From NCBI GenBank assembly GCA_902563555.1, contig CACEXM010000004.1:6174-70173 (forward strand): a stretch of 64,000 nucleotides of DNA, given 5' to 3'. Shown here one piece after another: positions 20,652 to 30,890 of this stretch; the stretch's first letter is position 1, and every line of letters begins with the position of its first letter. The position numbers were made by a program, and so were the translations under genes. The notes under the pieces were generated by a model that did not search any database, was not told where the DNA came from, and saw only the letters and a list, made by a program, of their open reading frames with translations. The DNA is from an uncultured Pelagibacteraceae bacterium (lineage in GTDB: Bacteria > Pseudomonadota > Alphaproteobacteria > Pelagibacterales > Pelagibacteraceae).

Positions 20652-21569
20652 ATGAAAAAAAAAATAACAATTGGATCAAGAGGAAGCAAGCTAGCTACAC
20701 TTTATGCACAAAAAGTGAAAGATCAGATTATTAAAAGCGCTAGTTTTAGGGAGGATGAGATTTTTATAAAGTCAATATCAACAAAAGGTGATCAGATTAA
20801 AGATAAAAGATTATCTGAAGTTGGTGGCAAAGGTTTGTTTTCTAGTGAAATTGAAAAACAACTTCTAAAAAAAGAAATTGATATTGCTGTCCATGCTCTT
20901 AAAGATATGCCAGTAAATGAAACGCAAGGGCTTATAACTGACTCATTTCTTGAAAGAAATGATCCACGGGAAATTCTTATAACATTTAATAAAAAAAAAA
21001 TTAAAGACTTAGATGTTAATTCTATAATCGGAACTTCTTCTTATCGTAGAGAGTTTCAAATAAAAAAAAAAAGACCTGATCTGAATTGTAAACTCATAAG
21101 AGGGAACGTGGATACAAGAATCAAAAAGTTAAAAGATGGACTTTATGACGGAATACTTTTATCAAGTGCCGGAATGAAATTTTTAAAACTTGACGAATAC
21201 ATTACAGAAACTTTTGAAACTGAAGAAATTATACCTAGTGCTGGGCAAGGTATTATTGCTATTCAGTGTAGGGAAAACGATGATGAAGTTATTTCAATTT
21301 TAAAAAAGATTAATCACGATCAAACCTACAGAAGGGCACATTCTGAGCGAAATGTTTTAAAAGTTTTAGAGGGCGATTGTGAAACTGCAGTGGGTGTTCA
21401 TTCAAAAATAGAAGGTGACCAACTAACATTAGAAGCTGAGCTTTTTTCTTTAGATGGATCAGAGAGATACTATGAAAAAAAAATTGTTGAAAAATCAAAG
21501 TTTAGAGAGGTTGGTGAAGAGATTGGTGGGATTCTAAAAAAAAAATCTAATAACTCTTATAAGAAATGA
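20652..21569 (+). CDS. hemC: Hydroxymethylbilane synthase (start moved to MKKKITIGSRGS)
   Basis: GSRGS.LA, GGKGLF, AVH.LKD, RGNVDTR, LEGDC. Confidence 0.96.
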   Translation: MKKKITIGSRGSKLATLYAQKVKDQIIKSASFREDEIFIKSISTKGDQIKDKRLSEVGGKGLFSSEIEKQLLKKEIDIAVHALKDMPVNETQGLITDSFLERNDPREILITFNKKKIKDLDVNSIIGTSSYRREFQIKKKRPDLNCKLIRGNVDTRIKKLKDGLYDGILLSSAGMKFLKLDEYITETFETEEIIPSAGQGIIAIQCRENDDEVISILKKINHDQTYRRAHSERNVLKVLEGDCETAVGVHSKIEGDQLTLEAELFSLDGSERYYEKKIVEKSKFREVGEEIGGILKKKSNNSYKK

Positions 21570-21570
21570 T

Positions 21571-22269
21571 ATGCATATTTTGTTGACTAGACCATTGGAA
21601 GATTGCTCGGCACTAGCTTTGAAGTTTAAATTGCTTGGTCATAAAATATCCCATCTTCCCTTACTTAATATCGAAAAAATTAATTATGATAAAATTAATT
21701 TTTCTGAATTTGGGGGAATAATTTTCACCAGTGCTAACGCCGTTAAGTATTTAGATTTAAAAAATATAGATAAAAAAATTAAGTGTTTTTGTGTGGGAAA
21801 TATAACAGAAAAAAAAGCTCGTGATTTAGGTTTTCAAAATACAGTTGCCGCAGAGGGAAATGTTTCAAATTTAAAAGAATTAATTTTAAGGACGTACGAT
21901 ACTAAAAATAAAAAACTTATTTATGTTAGTGGAGAAACGGTATCTGTTGATCTAGATCACCAGTTGGCTTTAGAGGGTTTTGTTGTAAAAAGAATTATTA
22001 ATTATAGAGCAAAATATAATCAAAAATTTGATGACAAGTTTATAATCAAATTAAAAGAAAATTTACCTGACATAGTTTATGTTTATTCACAAAATAGTGC
22101 CTCAAGTTTTCTTAATTTTATAAAAATATATCAAACCGAGACTTTATGGATGAATACAAATTTGATGTGTATTGGTGAGAAAACCTCGTCTATATTGAAT
22201 GAAATTAAATGGAAAAAAATATTTCTTTTTAATCCTGGTGAAGAGGAGTTTTTGTTATATAAAATTTAG
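21571..22269 (+). CDS. hemD: Uroporphyrinogen-III synthase
   Basis: ILLTRP, IFTSANAV, CVG..T; follows hemC. Confidence 0.9.
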   Translation: MHILLTRPLEDCSALALKFKLLGHKISHLPLLNIEKINYDKINFSEFGGIIFTSANAVKYLDLKNIDKKIKCFCVGNITEKKARDLGFQNTVAAEGNVSNLKELILRTYDTKNKKLIYVSGETVSVDLDHQLALEGFVVKRIINYRAKYNQKFDDKFIIKLKENLPDIVYVYSQNSASSFLNFIKIYQTETLWMNTNLMCIGEKTSSILNEIKWKKIFLFNPGEEEFLLYKI

Positions 22270-22271
22270 TT

Positions 22272-23357
22272 ATGGAATTAATAAATAATTTTTCAGAAAT
22301 TTTTTTATCAGTCTGGAATAAAGGGATTTTAGGTGTTGATATTTTTCAAATATTAATTGGTTTAGGAATTTTTTTAATTTTCTTAATCTTCAGAGGAATT
22401 TTAAGTAAACTAATAATAAAAAAATTAGAAATAATTTCAAAAAGAACAACTAATAAATTAGATGATACTTTTGTTAACGCTCTTGAAGGACCAGCAAGGT
22501 TTTTACCAATAGTTTTGGGATTTTTTATTGCAAGTTATTATATGACTTTTTCTGCTGAAAGCAGAGATATTGTTGATACAATAAACAGAACTTTAATAAC
22601 AATATTAATTTTTTGGGTAATGCATCAAATTATTGAACCCGTCTCATATGTTTTAAGTGGTCTTGATAAACTTTTAACTAAGGAGTTAATTGGATGGATA
22701 ATTAAATCATTAAAGATTTTGATTTTTATTTTAGGTTTAGCTGCGGTTTTAGAATTATGGGGTATCAAAATCGGTCCCATTATCGCGGGTTTAGGTTTAT
22801 TTGGTGTGGCTGTGGCTTTAGGTGCTCAAGATTTATTTAAAAATTTAATATCAGGCATTTTAGTTCTTGTTGAAAAAAGATTTAAAATAGGAGATTGGAT
22901 TTTAGTTGATGGAATAATAGAGGGCATAGTTGAAAAAATTGGTTTTAGATCTACGACTATTAGAAAATTTGATAAATCTTTAGCAATAATTCCTAATTTT
23001 CAGTTTGCAGAAAATGCGGTTATTAATGTAAGTGAAACTTCAAACTGGTTGATAAGTTGGATTATCACTCTTCAATACGACACAACAGTTGATCAATTAA
23101 AAACAATAAGAGATCAAATAGAAAACCATATCAATAAAAGTGATGATTTTAAGCAAAGTGTTGGTGTTGCAGTTAGAGTTGATAAATTTTCAGATAGTTC
23201 GATAGATATGTATGTTCGTTGTTTTACAAAAACTAGCAGCTGGAATGATTGGTTGTCTGTAAAAGAGCGTTTAGCTATAGAAATTAAACAAATTGTTGAA
23301 AGCAACAAAGCTTCTTTCGCATTTCCAAGTCAGTCGATTTATGTTGAAAAGAAATGA
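22272..23357 (+). CDS. MscS-family mechanosensitive channel
   Basis: GLFGVAVALGAQD..KN.ISG, FKIGDWI, G.VEKIGFRST, IPN, FAFPS. Confidence 0.93.
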   Translation: MELINNFSEIFLSVWNKGILGVDIFQILIGLGIFLIFLIFRGILSKLIIKKLEIISKRTTNKLDDTFVNALEGPARFLPIVLGFFIASYYMTFSAESRDIVDTINRTLITILIFWVMHQIIEPVSYVLSGLDKLLTKELIGWIIKSLKILIFILGLAAVLELWGIKIGPIIAGLGLFGVAVALGAQDLFKNLISGILVLVEKRFKIGDWILVDGIIEGIVEKIGFRSTTIRKFDKSLAIIPNFQFAENAVINVSETSNWLISWIITLQYDTTVDQLKTIRDQIENHINKSDDFKQSVGVAVRVDKFSDSSIDMYVRCFTKTSSWNDWLSVKERLAIEIKQIVESNKASFAFPSQSIYVEKK

Positions 23358-23644
23358 TAGCTGTTTTTTATTTAGTCTTACAGATCCTAAAACTCTATTC
23401 CTATGTTGTAATTGCAAATGTAATAATAAGTTGGCTAGTTGCTTTTAATATTCTAAATACTCAAAATAGATTTGTTTATTTAGTTTTAGACTTTACTTAT
23501 CGATTAACTGATCCAATTTTAAATAAGATAAGACGTTTTTTGCCAAATTTAGGTACTTTGGATATTTCACCTATAATTTTACTTCTATTGATTTGGTTTA
23601 TAGAAATGTGTATGAAGCTTTACGTTGCACCAATGATATTTTAA
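23354..23644 (+). CDS. YggT family membrane protein
   Basis: ISWL, LTDP.L..IRR.LP..G.LDISP. Confidence 0.9.
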   Translation: MIAVFYLVLQILKLYSYVVIANVIISWLVAFNILNTQNRFVYLVLDFTYRLTDPILNKIRRFLPNLGTLDISPIILLLLIWFIEMCMKLYVAPMIF

Positions 23645-23651
23645 ATAAATT

Positions 23652-24497
23652 ATGATTTTAATTGATGGAAAAAAAGAAGCTGCATTATTAAGAGAAGAGC
23701 TTAAAAAAGAAGTCTCTGAACTTAAATCAAAATATAATAAAGTTCCTGGTCTGTCTGTAATCTTAATTGGAGATTTAACTCCAAGTCAAATTTATGTAAG
23801 AAATAAAGAAAAATCAGCTAATGAGGTTGGACTAAAGTCCGAGGTAATAAAGTATCCCGATAACGTCGAAGAAAAAGTAATTTTAGAAAAAATAAATGAA
23901 TTAAATAATGATAAAAGTGTTTCTGGTATATTAGTACAATTACCTTTGCCAAAACATATAGATAAAAAGAAAGTTATTGAAGCAATTGATCACACAAAAG
24001 ATGTTGATGGATTTCATCCTATAAATGTCGGCAATCTTTCTTCTGGTTATGAAAGTTCAGTACCTTGTACTCCTCTAGGATGCTACTTATTAATTAAAAA
24101 ATTTGAGCCGAATTTAAATGGTAAAAAAGCTGTTGTAATAGGTAGATCGAATTTAAATGGCAAACCAATGACACAACTTCTTTTGAAAGAAAACTGCACT
24201 GTAACGATAACTCATTCAAAAACTAAAGATTTAAAAGCTGAATGTTTAGAGGCAGATATTGTTGTTGCTGCCGTCGGTATTCCTGAGTTGGTAAAAGGAG
24301 ATTGGGTTAAAAAAGATGCAATTGTGATTGATGTAGGTATTAATAAAACTGAAAAGGGAATTGTTGGTGATGTTGCATTTGATGAAGTTTCAAAAAATGC
24401 AAAAGCCCTTACGCCAGTTCCTGGGGGTGTTGGTCCAATGACAATTGCGTGTTTGCTTAAAAATACGATTGACTGTTTCAAAAGATCGCAAATTTAA
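23652..24497 (+). CDS. folD: Methylenetetrahydrofolate dehydrogenase/cyclohydrolase
   Basis: GILVQLPLP, KDVDG, PCTP, GRSN..GKP, TPVPGGVGPMT. Confidence 0.98.
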   Translation: MILIDGKKEAALLREELKKEVSELKSKYNKVPGLSVILIGDLTPSQIYVRNKEKSANEVGLKSEVIKYPDNVEEKVILEKINELNNDKSVSGILVQLPLPKHIDKKKVIEAIDHTKDVDGFHPINVGNLSSGYESSVPCTPLGCYLLIKKFEPNLNGKKAVVIGRSNLNGKPMTQLLLKENCTVTITHSKTKDLKAECLEADIVVAAVGIPELVKGDWVKKDAIVIDVGINKTEKGIVGDVAFDEVSKNAKALTPVPGGVGPMTIACLLKNTIDCFKRSQI

Positions 24498-24534
24498 CAT
24501 TTAAATCCTTAAAAAATTTTTGATAAGCTAAGCT

Positions 24535-24738
24535 ATGAGAAAGCCAAAATACCCATATAGAATTTTAATTATTATGGCTATACTTACCATCCCTCCGATT
24601 GGAGCAACTCAACTTGGTTGGTATCTATACGATCAACAAACTGGATTTGATTATGGTATGATTATTGGAACTTTTTCAGTAATATTAGCAGCATGGCTTA
24701 TGTACGAAAAAAATTGGAGAGAGGAAGATGAGGACTAA
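24535..24738 (+). CDS. Small two-helix membrane protein, hypothetical
   Basis: ATG start, two hydrophobic segments, acidic tail, fills the gap. Confidence 0.65.
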   Translation: MRKPKYPYRILIIMAILTIPPIGATQLGWYLYDQQTGFDYGMIIGTFSVILAAWLMYEKNWREEDED

Positions 24739-24741
24739 TTA

Positions 24742-25005
24742 ATGGAAAAAATTATCTTTCTTGGTTTAGTAATACCAATTTTTGGATTTGTTTTATATCT
24801 TGGCGCAACTGCAATAATGAATGGATTTAGTGCCAAAAGTGCAAATAAAATAAATGAAAATTCTGATAATGAAAAAACTGATCCTCCTTTGGTTGATGAA
24901 GATAGTTTAAGTTATGAGCTTGAAAAATTGAATAAACTTTTAAAAGATGGAGTTTTAACCCAGGAAGAATTTGAGAAAGCAAAAAGAAAAATTTTAGACA
25001 ACTAA
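24742..25005 (+). CDS. SHOCT-domain membrane protein
   Basis: N-terminal TM helix; ELEKL..L...GVLTQEEFEKAK.KIL. Confidence 0.85.
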   Translation: MEKIIFLGLVIPIFGFVLYLGATAIMNGFSAKSANKINENSDNEKTDPPLVDEDSLSYELEKLNKLLKDGVLTQEEFEKAKRKILDN

Positions 25006-26000
25006 TTGTAACTAAGTAATTTTTTAAGTGAGTCAAACTCACCAATTTTATAAATCAAAACATCCTCTTTTTTAAAACCATACTTGTTGGCGCTGGCTTT
25101 AAATCTTTTTGGTGGCTCCATTATAGGTTCTAAGGATAGAACGAAAGTTCCCCAATGCATGCCAACTACTTTCTTACTTTTAAGATTTTGAGCAATTTCT
25201 AAAGCTTCCTCTGGGTTCGTGTGATAGATAGATTTATCTTTATAAGGCATAATTGGATAAAAATTGTAAGCACCAATATTTATAAATGTTAAATCAATCG
25301 GACCATATTTTTGACCAATATACTTATATATGTCGCCAATTCCTGTATCACAAGCAAATAAAATTTTTTTTCCGTCATATTCAATTAAAAAATTTCCCCA
25401 TAAAGTTTTATTGGTATCAGTTAGACTACGTTTTGACCAATGAACTGCAGGTAAAAATGTAACTTTTAATTTTTCGTTTATTTTTATTTCGTCATACCAA
25501 TCCATTTCATTAACATCTTTATATCTTCTGAAGTATTTCCCAAGTTTAAGAGGCAGTAACACTTTTGCATTTTTATATGGAAACTTCCTAATTGTGTATG
25601 CATCTTGATGGTCGTAGTGGTTATGAGTTAATAAAAATAAATCTATTTTTGGTATTTCATTTAGAGTAAGCGCCGGTTCTGTATATCTTTTTGGGCCAAA
25701 TATAAGTGGCCCAGCGTTTTTAGAGAACACAGGGTCTGTGATTATTGTAGTTTGACCAAGTTTTATTAAAAACGTTGCATGCCCAATCCAAGCCACATAA
25801 TCATCTTCTTGATATTTCTTCAGATCTGATAAAACTTTTTTTTTTTTAATTACATGCTCTTTAGGAACTGTCATATCTAGTTTCTTTTTTTCTTTATTAA
25901 AAATTTTGAAGGACCATCTAATGTTAGGGTCAGCTTTTGGTGAACCTTCAGGATTTCTGAAACTACCGTCTACTAAATGGTGATAAGGTTTTCTTTGCAC
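25002..26000 (-). CDS. Metallo-beta-lactamase-fold hydrolase (NAPE-PLD-like)
   Basis: WIGHATF, TDPVFS, THNHYDH, HWS.R, HWGTF. Confidence 0.9.
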   Translation of the reverse strand: MQRKPYHHLVDGSFRNPEGSPKADPNIRWSFKIFNKEKKKLDMTVPKEHVIKKKKVLSDLKKYQEDDYVAWIGHATFLIKLGQTTIITDPVFSKNAGPLIFGPKRYTEPALTLNEIPKIDLFLLTHNHYDHQDAYTIRKFPYKNAKVLLPLKLGKYFRRYKDVNEMDWYDEIKINEKLKVTFLPAVHWSKRSLTDTNKTLWGNFLIEYDGKKILFACDTGIGDIYKYIGQKYGPIDLTFINIGAYNFYPIMPYKDKSIYHTNPEEALEIAQNLKSKKVVGMHWGTFVLSLEPIMEPPKRFKASANKYGFKKEDVLIYKIGEFDSLKKLLSYN

Positions 26001-26005
26001 TTTGA

Positions 26006-26626
26006 CTAATTTTTTTTATTTAGAGCTTTTATTATTATCTCTTCTAAGGTTCTACTAATTATTATTGTCCCCTTTTCGTTTGGATGTATGCCATCACTTT
26101 GATTAAATTCAGGCTTCATAGCTACTCCCTCTAGTAAAAAAGGAATAAGCTCAATTTTTAATTCTTTGGCTAAATCAGGAAAAATTTTGTCAAACTTTTT
26201 TTTATAAGTAAAACCATGTGAGGTTGGAGCAATCATTCCAGCTAGAATAATTTCAATATTTTTATCTTGAGCAATTTTTATGATTTTTTCTAAATTGCTT
26301 TTTGTTTCTTTTGGCTCGATACCTCTTAACATGTCATTGGCGCCCAAACATAAAATTATTAGATCTATATCTGGCTCAGTTAAAGTCCAATCAGCTCTAT
26401 TTAAACCACCTGAAGATGTGCTACCAGAAACACTGCCATCAACAATCTCAATATTATAACCCTTTGCCTCTAAATTTTCCTCTAAAACGACTGGTAAACT
26501 ATCGGCATCAGATAAACCATAACCCGCCATCAAACTATCACCAAATAACACAACCTTTTCGAGTGCATATGCATTAATGGTTAGTAGACATATAATAATT
26601 ATTTTAATAATAAAACTTTTGTTCAT
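26006..26626 (-). CDS. tesA: Arylesterase / thioesterase I (SGNH), start moved to MNKSFII
   Basis: Signal peptide, GDSL.AGYG, GAND.LRG, DGIHPN. Confidence 0.88.
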   Translation of the reverse strand: MNKSFIIKIIIICLLTINAYALEKVVLFGDSLMAGYGLSDADSLPVVLEENLEAKGYNIEIVDGSVSGSTSSGGLNRADWTLTEPDIDLIILCLGANDMLRGIEPKETKSNLEKIIKIAQDKNIEIILAGMIAPTSHGFTYKKKFDKIFPDLAKELKIELIPFLLEGVAMKPEFNQSDGIHPNEKGTIIISRTLEEIIIKALNKKN

Positions 26627-27290
26627 GAGCTCTCTTCTTAAATTAAAAAAAATAAATCTTAAATACCAAACTGGTAAAGATAATATTAGCGTTTTGAAAG
26701 ATATAAATTTGACCACAAAAAAAAAAGAGACTATTTCAATAGTAGGTGAAAGTGGTTCAGGAAAAACAAGTTTAATCATGTTAATTGGTGGTTTAGAGCG
26801 TCCAACTTCAGGCAAGATATACTTTCTAGACAAAGAAATTACAAAATTGAGTGAAGACGAAGTATCAAAAATCAGAAAAAAAAATATTGGTATAATTTTT
26901 CAGTCTTTTTATCTAATCCCCAATTATACAGCCCTAGAAAATGTAACCTTAATTCTTGAATTGAATAAATTCAAAAATCCTGAGAAAGAAGCAAAATCTC
27001 TTTTAGATAGATTTGGACTAAAACATCGACTAAACAATCTACCCAGCCAGTTATCTGGAGGAGAACAACAACGTGTCGCTATCGCGAGAGCTATAGCTAT
27101 GAAGCCAGAGCTAATTCTAGCTGATGAACCTACAGGAAATTTAGATACAGAAAATTCCGATATGATTTCTAAAATTTTATTTAGGTATGTCAAAGAGGAA
27201 AGTTCTTCGTTAATTATGGTAACACACGACCCAAAACTTGCTAACCGTGCAAGCAGAAAAATTAAAATTAAAGATGGAAAAATTAAATAA
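26625..27290 (+). CDS. ABC transporter ATP-binding protein (YbbA-like), start moved to MSSLLKL
   Basis: GESGSGKT, LSGGEQQR, ADEPTGNLD, VTHD; divergent from tesA. Confidence 0.92.
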   Translation: MSSLLKLKKINLKYQTGKDNISVLKDINLTTKKKETISIVGESGSGKTSLIMLIGGLERPTSGKIYFLDKEITKLSEDEVSKIRKKNIGIIFQSFYLIPNYTALENVTLILELNKFKNPEKEAKSLLDRFGLKHRLNNLPSQLSGGEQQRVAIARAIAMKPELILADEPTGNLDTENSDMISKILFRYVKEESSSLIMVTHDPKLANRASRKIKIKDGKIK

Positions 27291-29811
27291 ATTTTATCAA
27301 TACAAGTTTATCTTAATATATGCTCTGAGAGATTTAAAAAGGAACTATAAAAAAATCTCAAGTATAATCATCACCCTGTTCATAAGTCTTTTTATATTAA
27401 GTGCAATATTTACTATTGAGGATAGTTTGAAAAAAGAACTCAAAGAAAATGCCAAAGAGCTTTTAGGTGGAGACTTAGAAATTGATTATAATAGAAATAA
27501 AGGAAATATAGATTTATTAAATAAAGTTGAAGAGTTTACAATTATGTCAGAGATGGTTGAATTTAGTACAATGCTCTCAACAACAAATCGAAAGAAAAAT
27601 AAATCTTTATTCACTAGAATAAAAACTGTTGATCAAAAATATCCTTTATATGGTGAGTTAACTTATGAACCTGCTGGTGCTTATGAAAGAATGCAAAATG
27701 AACCTTATACAATTTTAATTAATGAGAGTTTATCAAAAACCTTAAATATCAAGACAAATGAAATTGTAAAAATTCAAGATCGAGAATTTCTTGTTATTGG
27801 TAAGGTAAGATCTGTTCCAGATGTAAGTGGATTTGTGACTTTTGGAGATTGGGTTTTAACAGGTAAACAGACTTTGGATATCTTAAAACTTAATGGGATA
27901 GGAAATTTTTTAAATTACGAATACAAGGTAAAATTTGATAATAATGATGACCCAGAAATAATCATAAAAAAAATCAAAAGTATTTTTAAAGACGATCAAA
28001 AGGTAAAAATTAGATATCCAGAAAATGCAGCAAGTGGATTAAAAAGAGTAATTGGTAACTTTTCACAATTTTTATCCCTTGTCTCAATAAGTGCGATGCT
28101 AATTGCTGGTATTGGAATTGCTAATACTCTTCTGTCATTTATAAATCAAAATAATTTGTCTATAGCAGTAAGAAAGGCTTTAGGTTTCTATTCTGGTAAT
28201 ATTAAAAAACTTTATTATCTTCAATTAGTAATATTATTATTTATAATTACTATTTTGGCGTACCTCATTAGTTTACTAATTGTGCCATTAGCAGACAAAC
28301 ATTTGTCAAGTAGCCTTGGACTTAAGATAAATTTATTTTTTTCTTTTTTTAATTTTTTTAAAATATTTTTAATAGGTTTGTTAGTTTTGATAATTTTTTC
28401 GATTCCTACAATCAGTTCTATTGATCAAGTCAAAGCATCAAGTCTATTTAGAAATGTTTTCCAAAATTTACAATTTTATTACTCAAAGAAATTAATTTTT
28501 ATGAGTATTTTCATGTTATCAATTTTGATTTTAATATTTACCTATAGATCAGAAAATCTTACTTATAGTCTTGGGTATTTTGGGGCTTTTTTTATTTGTT
28601 TGATTATATTTTTTCTACTCTCAAAATTAATCATATTTTTATTAAAAAAGTTTAGATTTGATTCGAGCACTACTTTAAAAGTATCTATTAAAAATATTAC
28701 CCAATCAAAAAGTATCACACCTATAACAATTATGTCTTTAGGCCTAGGCGTCACATTACTTTTGACTTTGGCATTAGTTGGAACTAACTTTAAAAGAGAA
28801 ATAGCAAAGTCAATTCCCGACATCGCTCCTGATTATTTTTTTGTGGGTATTCAAAATGGAGAGCGTGGAAAGTTTGAACAAATAATTTTATCAATGGATT
28901 CTGATGCTAATGTTGAAATTGTGCCAATGGTTTCTTCAGGAATAGTAAGGATTAATGGTATAAATCCAAATACATATATTACACCTGAAAATGATAGCTA
29001 TTGGGTTATAGGTAGTGAACGGAGATCATCTTGGACAAGAGAAGTTCCTGACGACAATTTAATTATTGATGGTAAATGGTGGGATTTGTCTAAACCAAAC
29101 CAACTTCAGATATCATTAGACGCTAAGGTTGCAAAAGATTTTAATATTAAATTAGGGGATATATTTACTTTAAATATCTATGGTAGAGAAGTTGAAGGTG
29201 AAATAGTCAACTTTAGAGAAGTTGATTATAGAGATCTTAATATAAATTTTGCAATGCTGTTTAATCCTGACTTTGCAAAAAAAATTCCTCACGAATATTT
29301 AGCGACCACAAAGTTCTATAATTTAAATAAATTTGATGAAACAAAAATGCTTGAAATTTTCCCTAGTTTATCAATGATTAAAATTGCAGATTATTTAAAT
29401 AAAGTCACAAATGTTTTAAATAAAGTTTTCATAGCAGTTATTTTAATTTCAACAGTCACCATTGTTATTGGCTTAATAGTAATATCAAGTGCAATTATGG
29501 TTCAAGGAAAAGTAAGAGAATATCAAAATTTAGTTTTTAAAATTTTAGGGTTTTCAAGAAAAGAGATTATCTTTTCTTCATTAATTGAATTTATGATCAT
29601 TTTTATATCAGTAATAATGATTGCAATTTTTTTTGCTGTAATTGGTTCCAAATTTATAATTGAAAATGTGTTTGAGTTATCTTGGAAGTTTAATCTTGAA
29701 GTCTTAATTTACCTTGGACTATCTATTGGTTTTGTAACTTTAGTACTGATATTATTAACTAACATCAAATATTTAAATCCAAAGGTTTATCCACTTATAA
29801 GAAATCAATAG
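27274..29811 (+). CDS. ABC transporter permease (YbbP/FtsX-like)
   Basis: LLGGDL, YPLYG, two TM clusters, P.YFF..IQ, G.WW; follows the YbbA-like ATPase. Confidence 0.88.
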   Translation: MEKLNKFYQYKFILIYALRDLKRNYKKISSIIITLFISLFILSAIFTIEDSLKKELKENAKELLGGDLEIDYNRNKGNIDLLNKVEEFTIMSEMVEFSTMLSTTNRKKNKSLFTRIKTVDQKYPLYGELTYEPAGAYERMQNEPYTILINESLSKTLNIKTNEIVKIQDREFLVIGKVRSVPDVSGFVTFGDWVLTGKQTLDILKLNGIGNFLNYEYKVKFDNNDDPEIIIKKIKSIFKDDQKVKIRYPENAASGLKRVIGNFSQFLSLVSISAMLIAGIGIANTLLSFINQNNLSIAVRKALGFYSGNIKKLYYLQLVILLFIITILAYLISLLIVPLADKHLSSSLGLKINLFFSFFNFFKIFLIGLLVLIIFSIPTISSIDQVKASSLFRNVFQNLQFYYSKKLIFMSIFMLSILILIFTYRSENLTYSLGYFGAFFICLIIFFLLSKLIIFLLKKFRFDSSTTLKVSIKNITQSKSITPITIMSLGLGVTLLLTLALVGTNFKREIAKSIPDIAPDYFFVGIQNGERGKFEQIILSMDSDANVEIVPMVSSGIVRINGINPNTYITPENDSYWVIGSERRSSWTREVPDDNLIIDGKWWDLSKPNQLQISLDAKVAKDFNIKLGDIFTLNIYGREVEGEIVNFREVDYRDLNINFAMLFNPDFAKKIPHEYLATTKFYNLNKFDETKMLEIFPSLSMIKIADYLNKVTNVLNKVFIAVILISTVTIVIGLIVISSAIMVQGKVREYQNLVFKILGFSRKEIIFSSLIEFMIIFISVIMIAIFFAVIGSKFIIENVFELSWKFNLEVLIYLGLSIGFVTLVLILLTNIKYLNPKVYPLIRNQ

Positions 29812-29821
29812 TCATTTAAAA

Positions 29822-30889
29822 CTATTGAATTTTTTGCATTAGCCACAAACTATCTCCTGCTAAAAAATAAATTTTACCATTTTCTGGATGTACTTGTATA
29901 TCTCTTAATCTTCCAATTTTTTTTTGAAAAATAATATCTTCTTTTACATTTGATAAATCTTTAAATATCAGTTTTCTTAGAGATTGATCTTTCAATGATG
30001 TTATAAGTGCATGACCATTCCATTCACTAAATTCCTTACCTTTGTAAATTGTGATGGCACTTGTGGCAATTGAGGGTACCCAATAATGAATCGCTTTTGT
30101 GAAGCCTGGCTTCCATTTAGGTCCAATTGGGATACCAGAGTAATTTGTCCCTCCCCATCCTAAAATTTTCCAACCATAATTTTCACCTTCTTTAGCCTCA
30201 CCAAACCAATCTCCACCCCTTGCTCCGTGATTACTCATATAAATTTTTCCGTCAAATGGAGATAAAGTTAAACCTTGTGGATTTCTAATACCGATTTGAT
30301 ATATTTCTGGAAGCCAGTTGGATTTCCCTTTAAATCTAGGATTGTCTCGTGGAATACTGCCATCTAGATTTATTCTGATAATACTTCCTGGATGTTTTGT
30401 TGGATCTTGCGCAATCATACCCTCACCTCTTTCACCAGCAGATGCAAAAAGATAGTCATCTTTAATCGCTAATCTTGATCCAAAATGATAACCAGAATTA
30501 ATAGGAGGATTTGCTTGGAAAATATTTTCAAATTTTAATTCTTTTTCGGCAAATTTTGTTTTTGCAATTGAGGTGCTGGTTTTACCATTACCTCTATTTT
30601 CTGTGTAAGATACATAAATAAAATTATCTTTAAAAAGAATATCTAGTAATCCACCTTGACCATGTTCTAAAAAGTTAAGATTGTGCTTTATTTCAGAAAT
30701 TTGTTTTGAAATAATGTTTACAACTTTTATTTTTCCACTTTTTTCAGTTATAATTAGCTCTTCATTATTAATAAATGATGAGCCCCAAGGACCGTTTAAA
30801 TCCACAATTTTTTCTAAATTAAAATTTTTTGCAAATGAGAGGTTTGTTAAGAGTAAGAATAAAGATACTGAGAAAATAAACTTTTTCAC
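29822..30889 (-). CDS. PQQ-dependent (aldose) sugar dehydrogenase family, GTG start at 30889
   Basis: Signal peptide, GQGGLLD, HFGSRL, G.RNPQG, HG.RGGD, NYGW, R.RD. Confidence 0.88.
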   Translation of the reverse strand: MKKFIFSVSLFLLLTNLSFAKNFNLEKIVDLNGPWGSSFINNEELIITEKSGKIKVVNIISKQISEIKHNLNFLEHGQGGLLDILFKDNFIYVSYTENRGNGKTSTSIAKTKFAEKELKFENIFQANPPINSGYHFGSRLAIKDDYLFASAGERGEGMIAQDPTKHPGSIIRINLDGSIPRDNPRFKGKSNWLPEIYQIGIRNPQGLTLSPFDGKIYMSNHGARGGDWFGEAKEGENYGWKILGWGGTNYSGIPIGPKWKPGFTKAIHYWVPSIATSAITIYKGKEFSEWNGHALITSLKDQSLRKLIFKDLSNVKEDIIFQKKIGRLRDIQVHPENGKIYFLAGDSLWLMQKIQ

Positions 30890-30890
30890 T

